Part shown: positions 24,144 to 36,297 of the stretch, one piece after another
Numbering within the stretch: the first letter of the stretch is position 1
Layout: each line of letters begins with the position of its first letter
NCBI GenBank assembly: GCA_977017575.1
Contig: CDRNVI010000156.1
Coordinates: forward strand, 186,001-250,000
Direction of reading: 5' to 3'
DNA length: 64,000 bases
From: Paramoeba atlantica
Taxonomy: Eukaryota; Protista; Discosea
Position numbers and translations under genes: made by a program
The notes under the pieces: model-generated
The model's input: the letters and a program-made list of their open reading frames with translations, nothing else
Databases searched by the model: none
What the model was told of the DNA's origin: nothing

Positions 24144-25935
24144 TTAAAGTTTTGAATTGGTTGCAAAGTCCCATTCAAAAAGTTCTTCTTCCTCAACATG
24201 TTCAGTGTCAATAATTAAATCTTTCCTTTTGTTCAAATACTCTTGCAATTTGCCTCGGTTGATTGGTCCCCATCGATAAAAAATGAAATGCGGTTCCTCA
24301 TGATGCATTTTTAGGTCTCCTCCGAATTGCCTAACTACCTGTATGTAAATTGGAAGAATTAAAATTGAAATATTTAAAATTGAAATTGAAAAGAGAGAAA
24401 GAAGTCAGAATCATAAAAAACCCCGCGAATGCCTCTGATTGAAGGAGAATTATCAGGGGCAACTAACCCTTCATGATAAAGAACATCTTTTTGGCTCAAA
24501 ATGGAATCACTCATCCAAACAGGAAGTATTCTTTTCCCTTCAAACAAATCAGAAATGTCACTCAAAAAAGAATGAAGAAATCAAAAACCTCGCAATTTAG
24601 GAAGAAGACATCCCTGTAATCCAAAAAGTGTATTTTCTCTAGTGGAACTCCTACAACTGAAATACCACCCAACAATTTCTCCTATTTCCGTTTTAAAAAA
24701 AAAATACATCCAAATCTTAAAAAAAATTGAAAAAAGACCTGTTTGAATATCCTCAACAATTCTACTCGATCTTTTCATTGAAGTACTCAAAATCCCTAAT
24801 ATTGGAGTTGGATAAGGAGCCACAAACCCTGCTTCAATTTCACCTTTCAATTCATTGTACAATTGAGGGATTTTGTTGGTATCACTACATCTGAGAGCTC
24901 TCAGACGATATTGAGGCTCTTCTGCCTTGAGAGAAGGACGATGAGAGAGAACTGGTCTTGTTGCCATTGTGGGAAGGTCTTTCAAGTTCCAATCTTTGAG
25001 TTCAATTTCTTCAATTTCTTCAGTTTCAAAAAGCAAGTCTTTTCTTCCATTCAAATATTGTTGAAGTTTGACACGGTCAATTGGACCCCACCGATGAAAA
25101 ATGCGGTTTGGAGTCTCCCTATGATATTTTAATTCCCCTCCTAGGTGTTTGAATGTCTGTATTAAGAGAAAAAATGAAAAAAACTTGTTTTGAAGATTCG
25201 AAAAGAAGAGAGTGAAAACTGATTCAAAGATGCTTCGGATTGCTAGGTGATTTTTTGGATTAATATGACCTTCATAGTAAATCACATCCTTTTGTCGGAG
25301 AAGAACATCACATAACACAGGACGAAAGATTTTTTTTCCTTTTCAGATTAACAATTTAGAAGAAAATCGTGTGAACAGAAAAAATCAAATATTTCGCAAA
25401 AGAAACTCACATCTTTTCCAACCCAAAAAAACAACACAAAGAAAACAAAAGCAAAAACAAAAATCCAAAAACATAAAAAGAAAAACCTTGAGCTTTGGGG
25501 AGAACACAAATTTGAATCCCACAAAGAGTGTTTTCTTTTGTCGAACTTCGAAAAGAAAAATACCACCCAACAATTTCCCCTATTCTCACAAACTTCAAAA
25601 ATTCATCCACCCTCTCACTCTCTCCTGTTCTATTCTTTCGTTTTTTCCTTCTTTCGATCAATGATTCTCGAAGTTCCTTTCTTTCACTTCTTTCTCTCTT
25701 CTTTCTCTCTTCTTTCTTTCTTCTTCAATTTCTTTTTTTCTTCGGATAAACCTGTTTTAATCTCTTCAATAACTGTACTTGATCGGTTCATTGAATTGGC
25801 CAAAGCACCCAAAATTCCGAAAGGGTAGGCAGATATTAATCCAGCTTGAATTGAATCTTTGAAAACATTGTACAAAGATGAGATTCTTTCGATATCACTA
25901 CAACGAAGACTTCTCAGACGAAATTCTGGTTCCAT
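24144..25935 (-). CDS. Tandem double-GNAT acetyltransferase, EctA-like (gene X)
   Basis: Paralogue of gene Y with the same two-domain layout, linker WGPIDRVKLQQYLNGRKD and C-terminal LFEWDF motif. Confidence 0.7.
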
Positions 25936-26144
25936 TAACGAAAAAAGGGAAGAGAAAGAAGAAAACGAAAGAGAGAAAGAGAACAGAAGAGAAAGAGGGA
26001 AACACGAAAAAAAAAAAAGGGACACCGCGAAGAGTTCTGCGGCAACCAAAAAATCATCTCTTTCTTTTTCTCTGCTCTTTACAAAATGGAATTTCTGAAA
26101 TCGTTCTTCAAATCTTCAAATTGTTCTTTATTCTTTTAAAAATA

Positions 26145-29100
26145 TTATTTGCACAGGATCTGGCAATTTTCTCGATTGTTTGTTGTGAAATCAGAGAGTA
26201 ACTTAAAACCTCTCACATTTGGACACTGTGCAATTGTCACATCCAAACATTTTTTCTCGTCACCACTGAGAAGCTGATACCAGCAACACAAATACACTGG
26301 AACTGGTGTTGGTGTTGGTGTTGGCACTGGTGTTGGGGTAGGAGATGGGGTAGGAGTTGGTGATGGTGTTGGAGGAGGGTAACAAACATCAAGACACTGG
26401 TACTCCCCAAGTTCAAACACCTCTCGAAGGTCCCATCCTTTAAGTGGAGGACAATCGAAAGGTAAACTCAAACATTGTTGGTTATTGCTGACTGTCTGTG
26501 AATCATATACACAACAATTTTTCAGTTCGACTGGTGTTGGTGTTGGGGTTGGGGTTGGTGTTGGAGTTGGAGTTGGAATTGGGGTTGGAATTGGGGTTGG
26601 GGTTGGGGTTGGTGTTGGGGTTGGTGTTGGACTTGGAGATGGGGTTGGGGTTGGGGTTGGAGTTGGGGTTGGGATAGGAGGGTAGCACTGCGCGAGACAA
26701 TCCAGATCTGTCAATAGTAATTCATTCAGGAGATCCATATTAGGGATGGCTGGACAGTCATATCCAAAACTCAAGCATTGGTCAATCATTGTAGAAGAGG
26801 AAGAATAATGGCAACAATTACGAAGTGGAGGGATTGTGGGGGTTGGGATTGGGGCGATTGTTGGGGTTGGAACTGGATTTGGAGTTGGAATTGGAGTTGG
26901 TTCTAGATGAACAGTGGGAGATGGAGTTGGAGTGGGTGTTGGTGTTGGGACAAGATGAAAAAGGTGTACTGTAATTTTAAAGTTTTGAACTCTTCCATTG
27001 TCATTTTTTACTTGATCATCAACAATAAACTTCCAAGTTCCTGAAATAGAAGATTTATAAATATATCAATTAGATATTCACTCAAAAAGTTCATCAGAAA
27101 AAAAAACCTGTTGGATTTTCATTCCAAAATTTTGTGGTCGAAAATTTCCAGTTTCGGAATGAGAGGTTTGGAACCTTTTCAATACGATAGGAGATCTCCA
27201 TTCCAGCATTTCTCACCAGTGGGTCAATGCCCCTGTGGATAAAATTGGTCATTTACGAAAAAAAAAACTTTTCAATATTTTTCTTTCGAGAAAAAAAAAC
27301 CTAAAGTCACTTGAAGGGACACTAAATAAGACAACACCACCCCTTCTTGACAACTCAGTCGACGATGTATAATTTCCCTCTAAAAGTAGATGAATTAAAA
27401 AAAAGGTGAAGTGGAGGTTTAAAAAAAGAAAAGAAAACCAATTAAAACAATATCTGGGACAAATTTCCGAGCATGATCAAAGATAATGGTAAGTTCTACT
27501 TCTGGTGTACATATCCCATGATCATTGAGAAGAAGAATATAAGTTGTTCCAGGAACTTTTTCTCTGTTGTGGGGAAGGAAAAAATTAACAAAAGAACTTT
27601 TTTCTCGAAAGTTTAAAAAAAAAACTTTGAATATGTGAAATCGCATCTTTGAAGTTGACAACAATAACCTTCAGAAATGGGAGTCACAAACTTTATCGAT
27701 TTACTTCGCTTCCAAAAACGAGCCTCTTTTTTGGGGGGAAAGAGATTGAGTTGGAAAATTGAAAAAAAATATTTAAAAATGAATTTTAAAACCTGAATTA
27801 ATTGGATCAACTGGGAATGAAAATAATCTCCGTTCTCCAACAAGAACATTCGCTTCAAGCTGCCGAAAAGTTGAGGAAAGTCAGAATTCAAAGTGGGAAG
27901 TCAAAAAGCAAAAAAAAAAAAGACCATATCTGAAATTGACTGCCTCATTCTTGTAAAAACACTTCTCATTCCGGAAGGAGAAAGCAAAGAGATTTCTAAA
28001 TCACCTGGAGAAGAGTGTGCAATATCTGCTTCCACAAGTACCTTTAAATTGAAAAAAAAAAAGCTTTAGTTGATTTTTTTCTTTTGAACAATATCTGGAA
28101 AAGTTTTAAACCCAATCAATGAGAAAATTTGACGAAAAAGAAGCGATAAAACTCAATGTCCCCTGTTCCGGAATTTCACGGCCCGCTGACATATGATAAA
28201 AGAGTGGCTTGAAAAAAAAAATGTTAAACCATGATAAAAATAAAAATTATGTTCAAGATCTTAAGATCGAGGAATAAAAATTATTTAAAAAGAAAAACAA
28301 ACCTCTTGATAATAGATTCCAGGGTAATTTGCTGCTTTATTGACAGCCTGAGTAGCGTCAATATTTCCAAAGCCAATTTGGTCATTATATACCTTTCCAG
28401 CCCCATTTGTTTCGCTGGAGATTCCAGAAGGAAAAATAGAAGTTTCCACAAGGATATGGGCGATATCACGAGGAGAAAGACGATGGCTGCTTGCTTCTAA
28501 CATGAGAGCAACAACTCCAGCTGAAAAAGAAAGAGGGAAAATTGAATGAGAATTTAATTTGAAGATACAAAAGAAGTCACAAATATTAACCAGCATTAGC
28601 TGAAGCATACTGGCCACCAAATTGTTTCATACAAACTGAATTTTGATCATAAGCAACTGGGATATCGTAAAAATCATCTCCTCCTGGGGCAGAAACAATC
28701 TGAGAAGGAGAGAAAAAAATGAAAACAAAAATATAAGAACATGAAAAGATAGAGAGATTGCAAGGAAAGATCGTACAAGGTTTGAGCATGGTTCAGAATA
28801 GGTTGCTGGAAGACCACCAACAGTGTGCGACCCAACATTGATCACAAAGGGGGGATTGCTGTACATATCATAATTACAATTGTCTTTTTCACCACCATCA
28901 CCTATTTATTAAAAAAAAGAAGAAGAGTGAGTGACCCAGAAATATAAAATCAAAAGGAAAAAAGGTACCAGAATATCCAATGATAATTTTATTGTGTGAA
29001 ACAGCTTCCATAACACTCTCCCAACATTCTGTACCTATTCTGCAAGTGAGACCAAAATTAAAAAGAAAACAGAGAGGGAGAAAACTTACACAGGAGATTC

Positions 29101-29920
29101 ACTGTGTGATCATCACTGCCAATGAAGTCCCTAACATAAATATCAGCTGGGACACTACTTTGAAGGAAGGAAAGACCACCAGCTCCCTGGTAGATTTTGA
29201 TAGATTTTAAGATTTTTTTTTAGAAAGGAGAGAAGAACAAAATTTAAAAAAAAAAAGAAGATAACACCTCAGTCCCATAAGCAACCATTGTGTAAAGCGC
29301 ATCATAAGCAACACCACGACTACAAACACCATTGAACGCGTTTCCAATCGCCATTGCAACAACTGATGTTGTTTCATTTGATGGTTCGTCCTCCTCTTCG
29401 GGTTCCAGTGACTAAGAGAATCCTCTCAACACATGGTCTTTCACAAAGAAAAAAAAAAGAAAAAAAAAAAGAAATGATTCATTTTACACAAGTGAATCAA
29501 CCTGTGGACTTAATCTCCCTTGAAGGTCAAGATGAGTGTCAAAAGGGGCAGTAGAACCAAACCCAAGAGTTACTCCTTTTGTTGAAACAAAAAAAGAAGG
29601 AAAACAACTTCCGTCAGAGAAAGAAGCCTTTGTGCTGAAAAAAAAAAAAGAAATTTCAACCTAATCCTGTGTAACCCATCTCCCACGCTTTCTTCACATT
29701 GAGATGCCCTATTATTCGTTTCAGAAGAAGAAACACAAAAATTGAAAAGAGACTTTCTTCGGAGACCAGTTTTGCTCTCTCTTGTGGAGTGCAAGTGCCA
29801 CGAATCGTCATAAAGGGGATCGACACTCGCCCTCTTTCTCCAACCTCCATTCTCCTCTTCAAAACAGACGGCACATTGAAACAAGAAAAGAGCAGAAAAC
29901 AAAAGAGCAATGAATTTCAT
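26145..29920 (-). CDS. Secreted kexin/furin-like S8 protein, catalytically dead, with P-domain, Pro-Thr linkers and three Cys-rich repeats
   Basis: Signal peptide MKFIALLFSALFLFQCAVC; RKRASVDPLYDDSWHL, LNVKKAWEMGYTG, NGVCSRGVAY, AAGVVALMLEA, GFGNIDA, P-domain HSSPGDLEISLLSPSG; (PT)n and CCxY...C...C...C repeats. Confidence 0.8.
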
Positions 29921-30115
29921 CCCCGAAACGTAATTGAGGAGAACAGTCGTCTCCTTTTTTTCTTTCGGACGCTTGGTACGTTTTGTGTGCCAACCCCAAA
30001 ACCAAAGCGTCGAGAAGAAAAAAAAAATAAAAAACGGCAGTGTCAAAAAAAGATCTCTAAAAATTTTAGCGCCCTTTTCCTTTTTCTTTTTCACGCGTTT
30101 TCTTCATTTTTCGCG

Positions 30116-30885
30116 ATGGCTCAAATGTTGCGTGTTGGTCTTCCCTCTTTGGGAATCGTTGCGTTTGCTCTCAGTCGAGTGGGACCTCCCACTTCTCTTT
30201 TCGCGATTCATGTCACTGGGATGGCTCTTTATGTTACTCTCGTCTCGATGGCTGTGGCAGTCCTGGTCTTCAATTTTATTTTCTTCACTTTTTCTCTGAA
30301 TCTCGCGGCTGACCCTTTTTTTTTCTTTTCTTTTCTCTCAGTCTTCCAGAGCTGGTGGAAAACAATCAAAAAATATTCACTCTCTCTTGATGGTGTTTGC
30401 CATTTTATCTGCTCTTGCTGGTTTTGGGGCAATTTATACAAACAAAGACCGTAATGATTATCTCCACTTCCTGACTTATCACAGCTATTTTGGAATTGCT
30501 GGAATTCTTGCTGGATTATCTGCTGCGATGGGTTTGTCCACTCTCTTCTTTTGTATCTTGAAAAAAAAAAATTTCCTTTCTTTTAAAAGAGAATTTTGTC
30601 ACAACTTTTTCCTCAACACTGACATACTTTCCGAGATTAGGCGGAGTTGGAGCTTACTTTAATTTGAAAGTCGGAGGAATATCTTTCAAAACAGTCCATC
30701 CTCTTGTTGGACCAATTGGAGGGATTGCGATCATTGGTGCTCTCGGTTCTTCTCTCTCAACTGGTTTCTTGTCTGATTATTGGGAGTTGAGAATTCCGAT
30801 TGCTTTGGTTCTTTGTCTCTATTGGCATTTTACGTATGGCCCATCTGTGTCGAGGATACTCTCCAAAGCTTCAAAACGCTCGTAA
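30116..30885 (+). CDS. Cytochrome b561 domain-containing membrane protein
   Basis: Haem-ligand-type His motifs IHVTGM, IHSLLM, GAIYTNKDRNDYLHFLTYHSYFG, VHPLVG within hydrophobic helices. Confidence 0.75.
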
Positions 30886-30953
30886 TTTTTTTGGTATTAT
30901 TCCCTTTTTTATTTCTTGGGGGATAGAGAGAGAGAAATAATTGGATGGAAAAA

Positions 30954-33218
30954 TTACTCTTTTGCTGGTTCAAGAGGTTTTCTTGCCAATGTGAAATACA
31001 TGGGGGTGAAAGTCTGGGAGTGAATAGAAAATTGGTCAGCGAAACACCCAAAAAATAAAAATAACAATTACAATATAAAAGAAAAAAAAAAGAAAAATAA
31101 CATCAGTCTTTCCACCCGCAACAAGACCGTCAGCAGCTTGATTGAGAACAGCACTCACGGTATTAGTTCCTGAAATCTCGTTTTTAATATCGATTTTTCG
31201 AGAAAATAAAGAGGAAATTAAAGAAAAGGACACAGACCTTGAGGAGCAAGACCGAGTAATTCAAGGGTCCCAACAAATGTCTGAAGAAAGTTAAATGAGC
31301 GAACAAGAGGAGAGCGAGTGTCAAAAAAAAAAAAAAAAACCTTCAAAAACACTCGACCAACAGGTGTATGCTGGAAGTTATGACTCAATTCGTACTTAGG
31401 GGTCAAAGGATCATACCACGTAACATGGCAATCATTCTCTTTGTGAACCTAGAATCGAAAATAAATACTTTTCCAAGTGTTGAAAAAGATAAAAAGAAAA
31501 TCAAAAAAAGCAAACCAAATCTTCCGATTCCAAAACTTCCCATCCAGCCTCCTTAAGTGCCTCCACAATTTCATGAGTTGAAGCAATATCTGGAAGTCCA
31601 TCTCCAATCTCGATCATCCACTTCAATTTATTATGTTCTTCATTGTTTGGATCGTATTTGTCTGTCATGCACCACTTCATTGGGAAAAAATTGTCGGGGT
31701 CAGTCGAATTTTGTGAAGGGAGAAGGAAAAATAAAGAAAAGAAAATAACCTCGTAGCTTCCAAAGTAACCTCCTGGCTTTGTTACTCGAAGGAGTTCCTT
31801 AAAACATGCAACCTGTAAAATTAAGAATAACGTGAGAAAAGAAAACACTTTTTTTAGCTACCAAATATCCTCCTCTACCCCAATACAAACCTTATCAGGA
31901 GCATGAGCAGTGGCTTCAATTTCATAAACACCATCAAAGTAGTTATCTGAGAATTCACAAAATTGAGAACAGAATGAAAATGAGAGGGAAAAAGAAACGA
32001 AGATGAAGCGAGAGAGAAGAGTTTTTCAAAAGAAAAAGACAAAACCTTCATAAGGAATTTGCATGAAATTTCCTTTCACGAATTCAACTCGACCAACCAA
32101 ATCTTCACGGGCAGTATGTAATTTTGCTCGCATAATCTAAAAAAGAAACCATCAATCATCTTTTTAAGGAGTTTTACTAACGTTTTTATTTTTTGGAGGA
32201 CCCAATTCCCTGACGAAGAGAGTCAAAAAATATAATAATATAAAAAACCTGATAAGCATTATTGTTCAATCCAGTCACATGAGCTTCGGAAAATCGAGCA
32301 ATCTCTCTTGCAGGTCCACCAACACCACATCCCACATCGAGAATCTTTTGTCCTTTTTCTGTTTTGAAGAAAAATCTATTTGAGTTTTTTGGTTGAAATA
32401 TTAAAAATGAGAGGAAATTGGACCCATTTTCATCTTCATTGCGAGGTAGTGTTCGTGGCGGGCAATACTCTCATGGAATCCCTTGAAGGAAAAAAAAGTT
32501 CAAATAAAAAAAAATTGAAAACCACACCACAATCCCTCTCTCTGAGAGTGTGGTCTGAAAATATTGCTCAAAAAAAATGAAAACCTCAAATTTGTGACGT
32601 GGAGCAAAGTGAAACGAAGTTCCCCAGCCATACTCGTAAAAGTCTGTCACAAGATCGTAATAAAAATTGGCGAGATCTTGGTGTTCTTGCTGAAAGGAGA
32701 GAAAGGGAATTTTGAGAGAGAGGAATGAAAAAATGTTTGGAAGAATTTTCTCATCTCTTTCGAAAAAGAAATCTAAAAAAGAGAAAATTGAAAGAAAAAG
32801 AAAGAAAGGAAGAAAAGACCTTCCTCATGTCCAACTTCTCGTCCCCAGAATGCATCCTAGAAAAGGGGCGGGTGAAAAAAGGGAAAAGAGAATGAAAAAA
32901 AAAACAAGAATTCAAACTCAATGTATTCATGAACAACTTTTTCAACATAAGCAGGATCAACTCCAGCAACAATTACAACCTAAAAAACAATCATTTGAAT
33001 CCAACTTCAAAATTGAAGGTGCAAAAAAATGATGATTGGAAAAAGCAAAAAACCTCATTGTTGATATGTTTGGTCACGAAATAACCGATCACAAGAGCGA
33101 TCACAAGAACTAAACAACACTAAAAACCCAAAATTCAATCAAAATCACCTCTAAAAATAAAAAGGAAAGTTGACTCCAATAAAGAGAGAAAAGAAAAAAC
33201 CTTGTTGGCCGAGGGCAT
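30954..33218 (-). CDS. SMT1: Sterol 24-C-methyltransferase (SMT1/ERG6 family); start approximate
   Basis: [91 protein letters not shown]. Confidence 0.92.
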
Positions 33219-33281
33219 GACGAACCGAACCGACAAACACACAAGAAAAACGCGCAAAAAAAAGAAAAAGAAAAGAAAAAA

Positions 33282-33319
33282 CGTTGTGTAAAATCGAGGC
33301 CAACAGGGCGCCACAGTAA
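33282..33319 (+). repeat. Left terminal inverted repeat
   Basis: CGTTGTGTAAAATCGAGGCCAACAGGGCGCCACAGTAA; first 15 nt identical to the reverse complement of 37781-37795, next 23 nt 14/23 identical. Confidence 0.85.
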
Positions 33320-33568
33320 AATCTCGCAGATTCTCTGAAGCTCAAAAATCTCAGAAAATTCTTTTATTTTTTTTTGTTAGTGTTTTCCTCTTGTCTCTTG
33401 TTGTTTGTCTCTTTTTTGATCTTCATCTCGCCAAGACTTTTTGACTTTTCTGAGTGAAAAAAAATCATCTCACAGAATTGTTGCTCTTGTATGTTGGGAC
33501 AATTTTATCTGTTTATTTTTTTCTCACAGTACAAACTGTTTTTTTTGTGGAAGGTTTGTTAACCTCAA

Positions 33569-36027
33569 ATGGTATCACCATCAAAGAACGTAAGATTAAA
33601 GCGAGAAAGACTGGAAAAAGCGCGAGCAAAGAGATGGCTGAAACCAGCAACAATACCAAAGAAAAAGGAAAAAGAACAGAGATCTTCTATTCCAGTGAGA
33701 CAAGAGGGTCTTCCGAGTAATTATCAGGATTTTGACGAACGGAATAGAAGATATCAGCTTCAAAGAAAAGCTCGAAAGAAACAAGAACCAGTTCGAAAAC
33801 CAAACGTTGGGCCTCCTCGAAAGACCTGGAAGGTTTTAAGTAAGTCCAGAAAGCAGGCTCTCATTCGTGAAATGCGGAGGGGATATGAGGGGAATATCAA
33901 ACTCTTGTCGAAAGAATTTGTGAGTGAGGTGGCAAGAATTCCAGTTCAAAGATTGAGATTTCAGTACCAGATGGTCTTGGAATCAGGAGAAATTCTGGGA
34001 GGAGAATTTGAGATGACGAAAGAAAAAAAAGATTATGTGTTTGAGAAAATTCGAAAAAAGAAAAGAGAAATAGAAGAAACTGAAGAAGAAGAAAGAGTAA
34101 AAGAACAGAAAAAAGAGAAAAGGAGACAAAAAGGTTTTCAAGTTTTGGCAGAGGTGGCGAAAAGTTCAGTAAGCAAACGAGTCCTTCAAGATATTTTATG
34201 GGCCAGTGATGGAGACCTGAAGAATTGTTTCCTCCAACAGTTGCAAAAAGAAATCGATGAGGAGATGCAAGAAAAGCTTCCAAGCCACTCTTTTGAGAAA
34301 GGAGTTGATGGTCAATGGGTTGATCCAAAACAATTAGTTGATCTGATTTTTCCCTCAATGGTTGGAAAAGTTCACTGTCCTTCCTGGATGGTGGTGGTGT
34401 TGTCGGGTGATGGGCGAAAGAGTGGGAAGAACCATGGTGTCATTTTAACTCTCAAGATTTGTGTTGGAAATGCGAGGGGGAATTATGTTTCTTCTGTTTA
34501 CCCCATTGCAATTTCCAGAGGTACTGAAAAGTATCAAAATTTAAAAATGATGTTTCAATCTCTCCGAGAACCTTTGCAGGTCTTTTTCTTTTTCTTTTTT
34601 TTTCTTTTCTTTTTCTTTTCTTTTTCATTTTTTTTCTTTTTCTTTTCTTTTAAAAATGGTGTTTCAATCTCTCCAAGAACCTTTGCAGGTTTTCTTTTTT
34701 TTTTCTTTTTTTTTTTCTTTTAAAAATGATGTTTCAATCTCTCCGGGAACCTTTACAGGTTTTTTCTTTTTCCTTTTCTTTTTTTTCGAAAATAATTCTT
34801 TTTAAAAAAATACAGTGTTGTTGTGTTGGTTGGGTTAATTTATGGAACATTTATTCACAGACTTTGAAAAAAACAGAATTTTCTCTTGGTCGCAAAAAGG
34901 TAGTGCCTCGATTTTTGTTTTGTTCGGATGGAAAATTTCTGAACTGTGTGTTGGGAATGACTGGAGCTACTGGGACTTTCTCTTGTCCTTTTTGTTTCGT
35001 TCCAAACACCATGTGGGTGGATGTTTATGCCAAGAGACTTTCTGCCGATGATCATCTGAGAAAATCTCTCCTCACCCTTTCTCGTTGTACCCCTAATTGC
35101 CCACAACACCCGAGCAAATGCAGAGGTTATACTCACGGTTGTGAAAGAGACAACTTATTGATGGGGTTGGTTGAGTTGGAGGATATATTTTTAGATGAAT
35201 TACACTTATTTTTGCGTTTGTGGGACTTAATTCTCAATATTTTATTGGGTTATGTGGAACCTCTCAATCGAGAAGATGCTTTGGAAAGAGTGGCAAAGAA
35301 ATGTGGGGTTTGTTTCCATATGCTTGATGGACTCGATGATAAGGGGTATCAACTGTGGACTCCTTTAACTGGTGACCGAAGTAAAAAATTGTTGGATTCC
35401 TTAGTGGAGCACAAAGATTGGATGAAGGAGATTTTTTTGGTGGGAGACGAAGCGAAGCATTTACCTTGTCGGAATCGAAGAGCGAAAGAGGAGACGCACG
35501 AGGCGATGTTTGAGGGAATCTATTCTCTTTTTCAGCGACTGAAAAAGATTATTGATTATGTTCGAGATGATCGCAAGACTCTAAAAACCATCGAAGAGTT
35601 CGAAAAAGAAACAGAGATGTTTATCCAAGAGTTGTATGAGGGTTGGGGGAATGCAATTAAGAAGGGGTGGTATCTTCATATGTTGAGAAGCCATCTTCCT
35701 GCACAAATGAAGCGATTAGGAGGAAGCATTTATATGTGTAGTTGCAGTGAACAAGAGCGACTGAATGGGAAGCATACGAAACTTCTCTTGAATTGCATCC
35801 AGAAACATAATTCCTCGGACCAGTTGATGCAAAAACAAGCAAGCGAAATTTATTTCCAGTTACACCCCGACAAACAGAAGAAGCGAAATACTCACCAGAT
35901 TTCGAAGAAAAAAAACCCTTCACCGAGAAAGGGACAGATTTTTGCGACCGAAACGATGGATCAACGGAACAAACAGAACAAAGCCCAAAAAGAAAGAGCC
36001 ACAAGAAAAACAGCCAAGTTATTTTGA
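33569..36027 (+). CDS. Transib/RAG1-like DDE transposase, 2 exons (33569-34579, 34861-36027; ~725 aa)
   Basis: SGDGR (D1), CSDGKFL (D2), SCPFC, DELHLFLR, LTGDRSKKL, WYLHMLRSH (Zn His pair) and SCSEQERLN (E) follow the order of RAG1 D600/D708/C727-C730/H937-H942/E962. The intron joins EPLQ|TLKK in frame. Confidence 0.85.
34541..34760 (+). repeat. Triplicated ~40-bp exon end plus splice donor inside the transposase intron
   Basis: TTAAAAATG(A/G)TGTTTCAATCTCTCC..GAACCTTT(G/A)CAGGT at 34541, 34650 and 34720, separated by T-rich tracts. Confidence 0.9.
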
Positions 36028-36297
36028 TAACTGGTTTTGATTCGATTTTTTCTTCTTCTCCATTCTTCTTTTTCTTTTTTAAATAAAATTGAATCCTTTC
36101 TTTAAAAATAATTTGTTTTTGAAGACAGTCAGAGGTCTGGGAAAAACAGCGCATGAGCTGATTCAAACTTTGAGGGTTTCCTGCAAAATTCCTTTAATTT
36201 TTCCTTTATTGAGTATTTTTGGGTTGATTTTTTTACCTAAACATAGATAAAGTTGGATTCCAAAATTTTGTTTTTTGTTTTTTTTTTGTTTGTTCTC

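Noticed and set aside
26485-26700. + strand Gly-Val and Asn-Pro repeat ORFs
   Set aside because: Alternative frames of the minus-strand Pro-Thr linker.
33311-33320. CACAGTA as an RSS-like heptamer marking the true transposon end
   Set aside because: It is not mirrored at the right end (CATAATA there); the perfect inverted match lies 30 bp further out.
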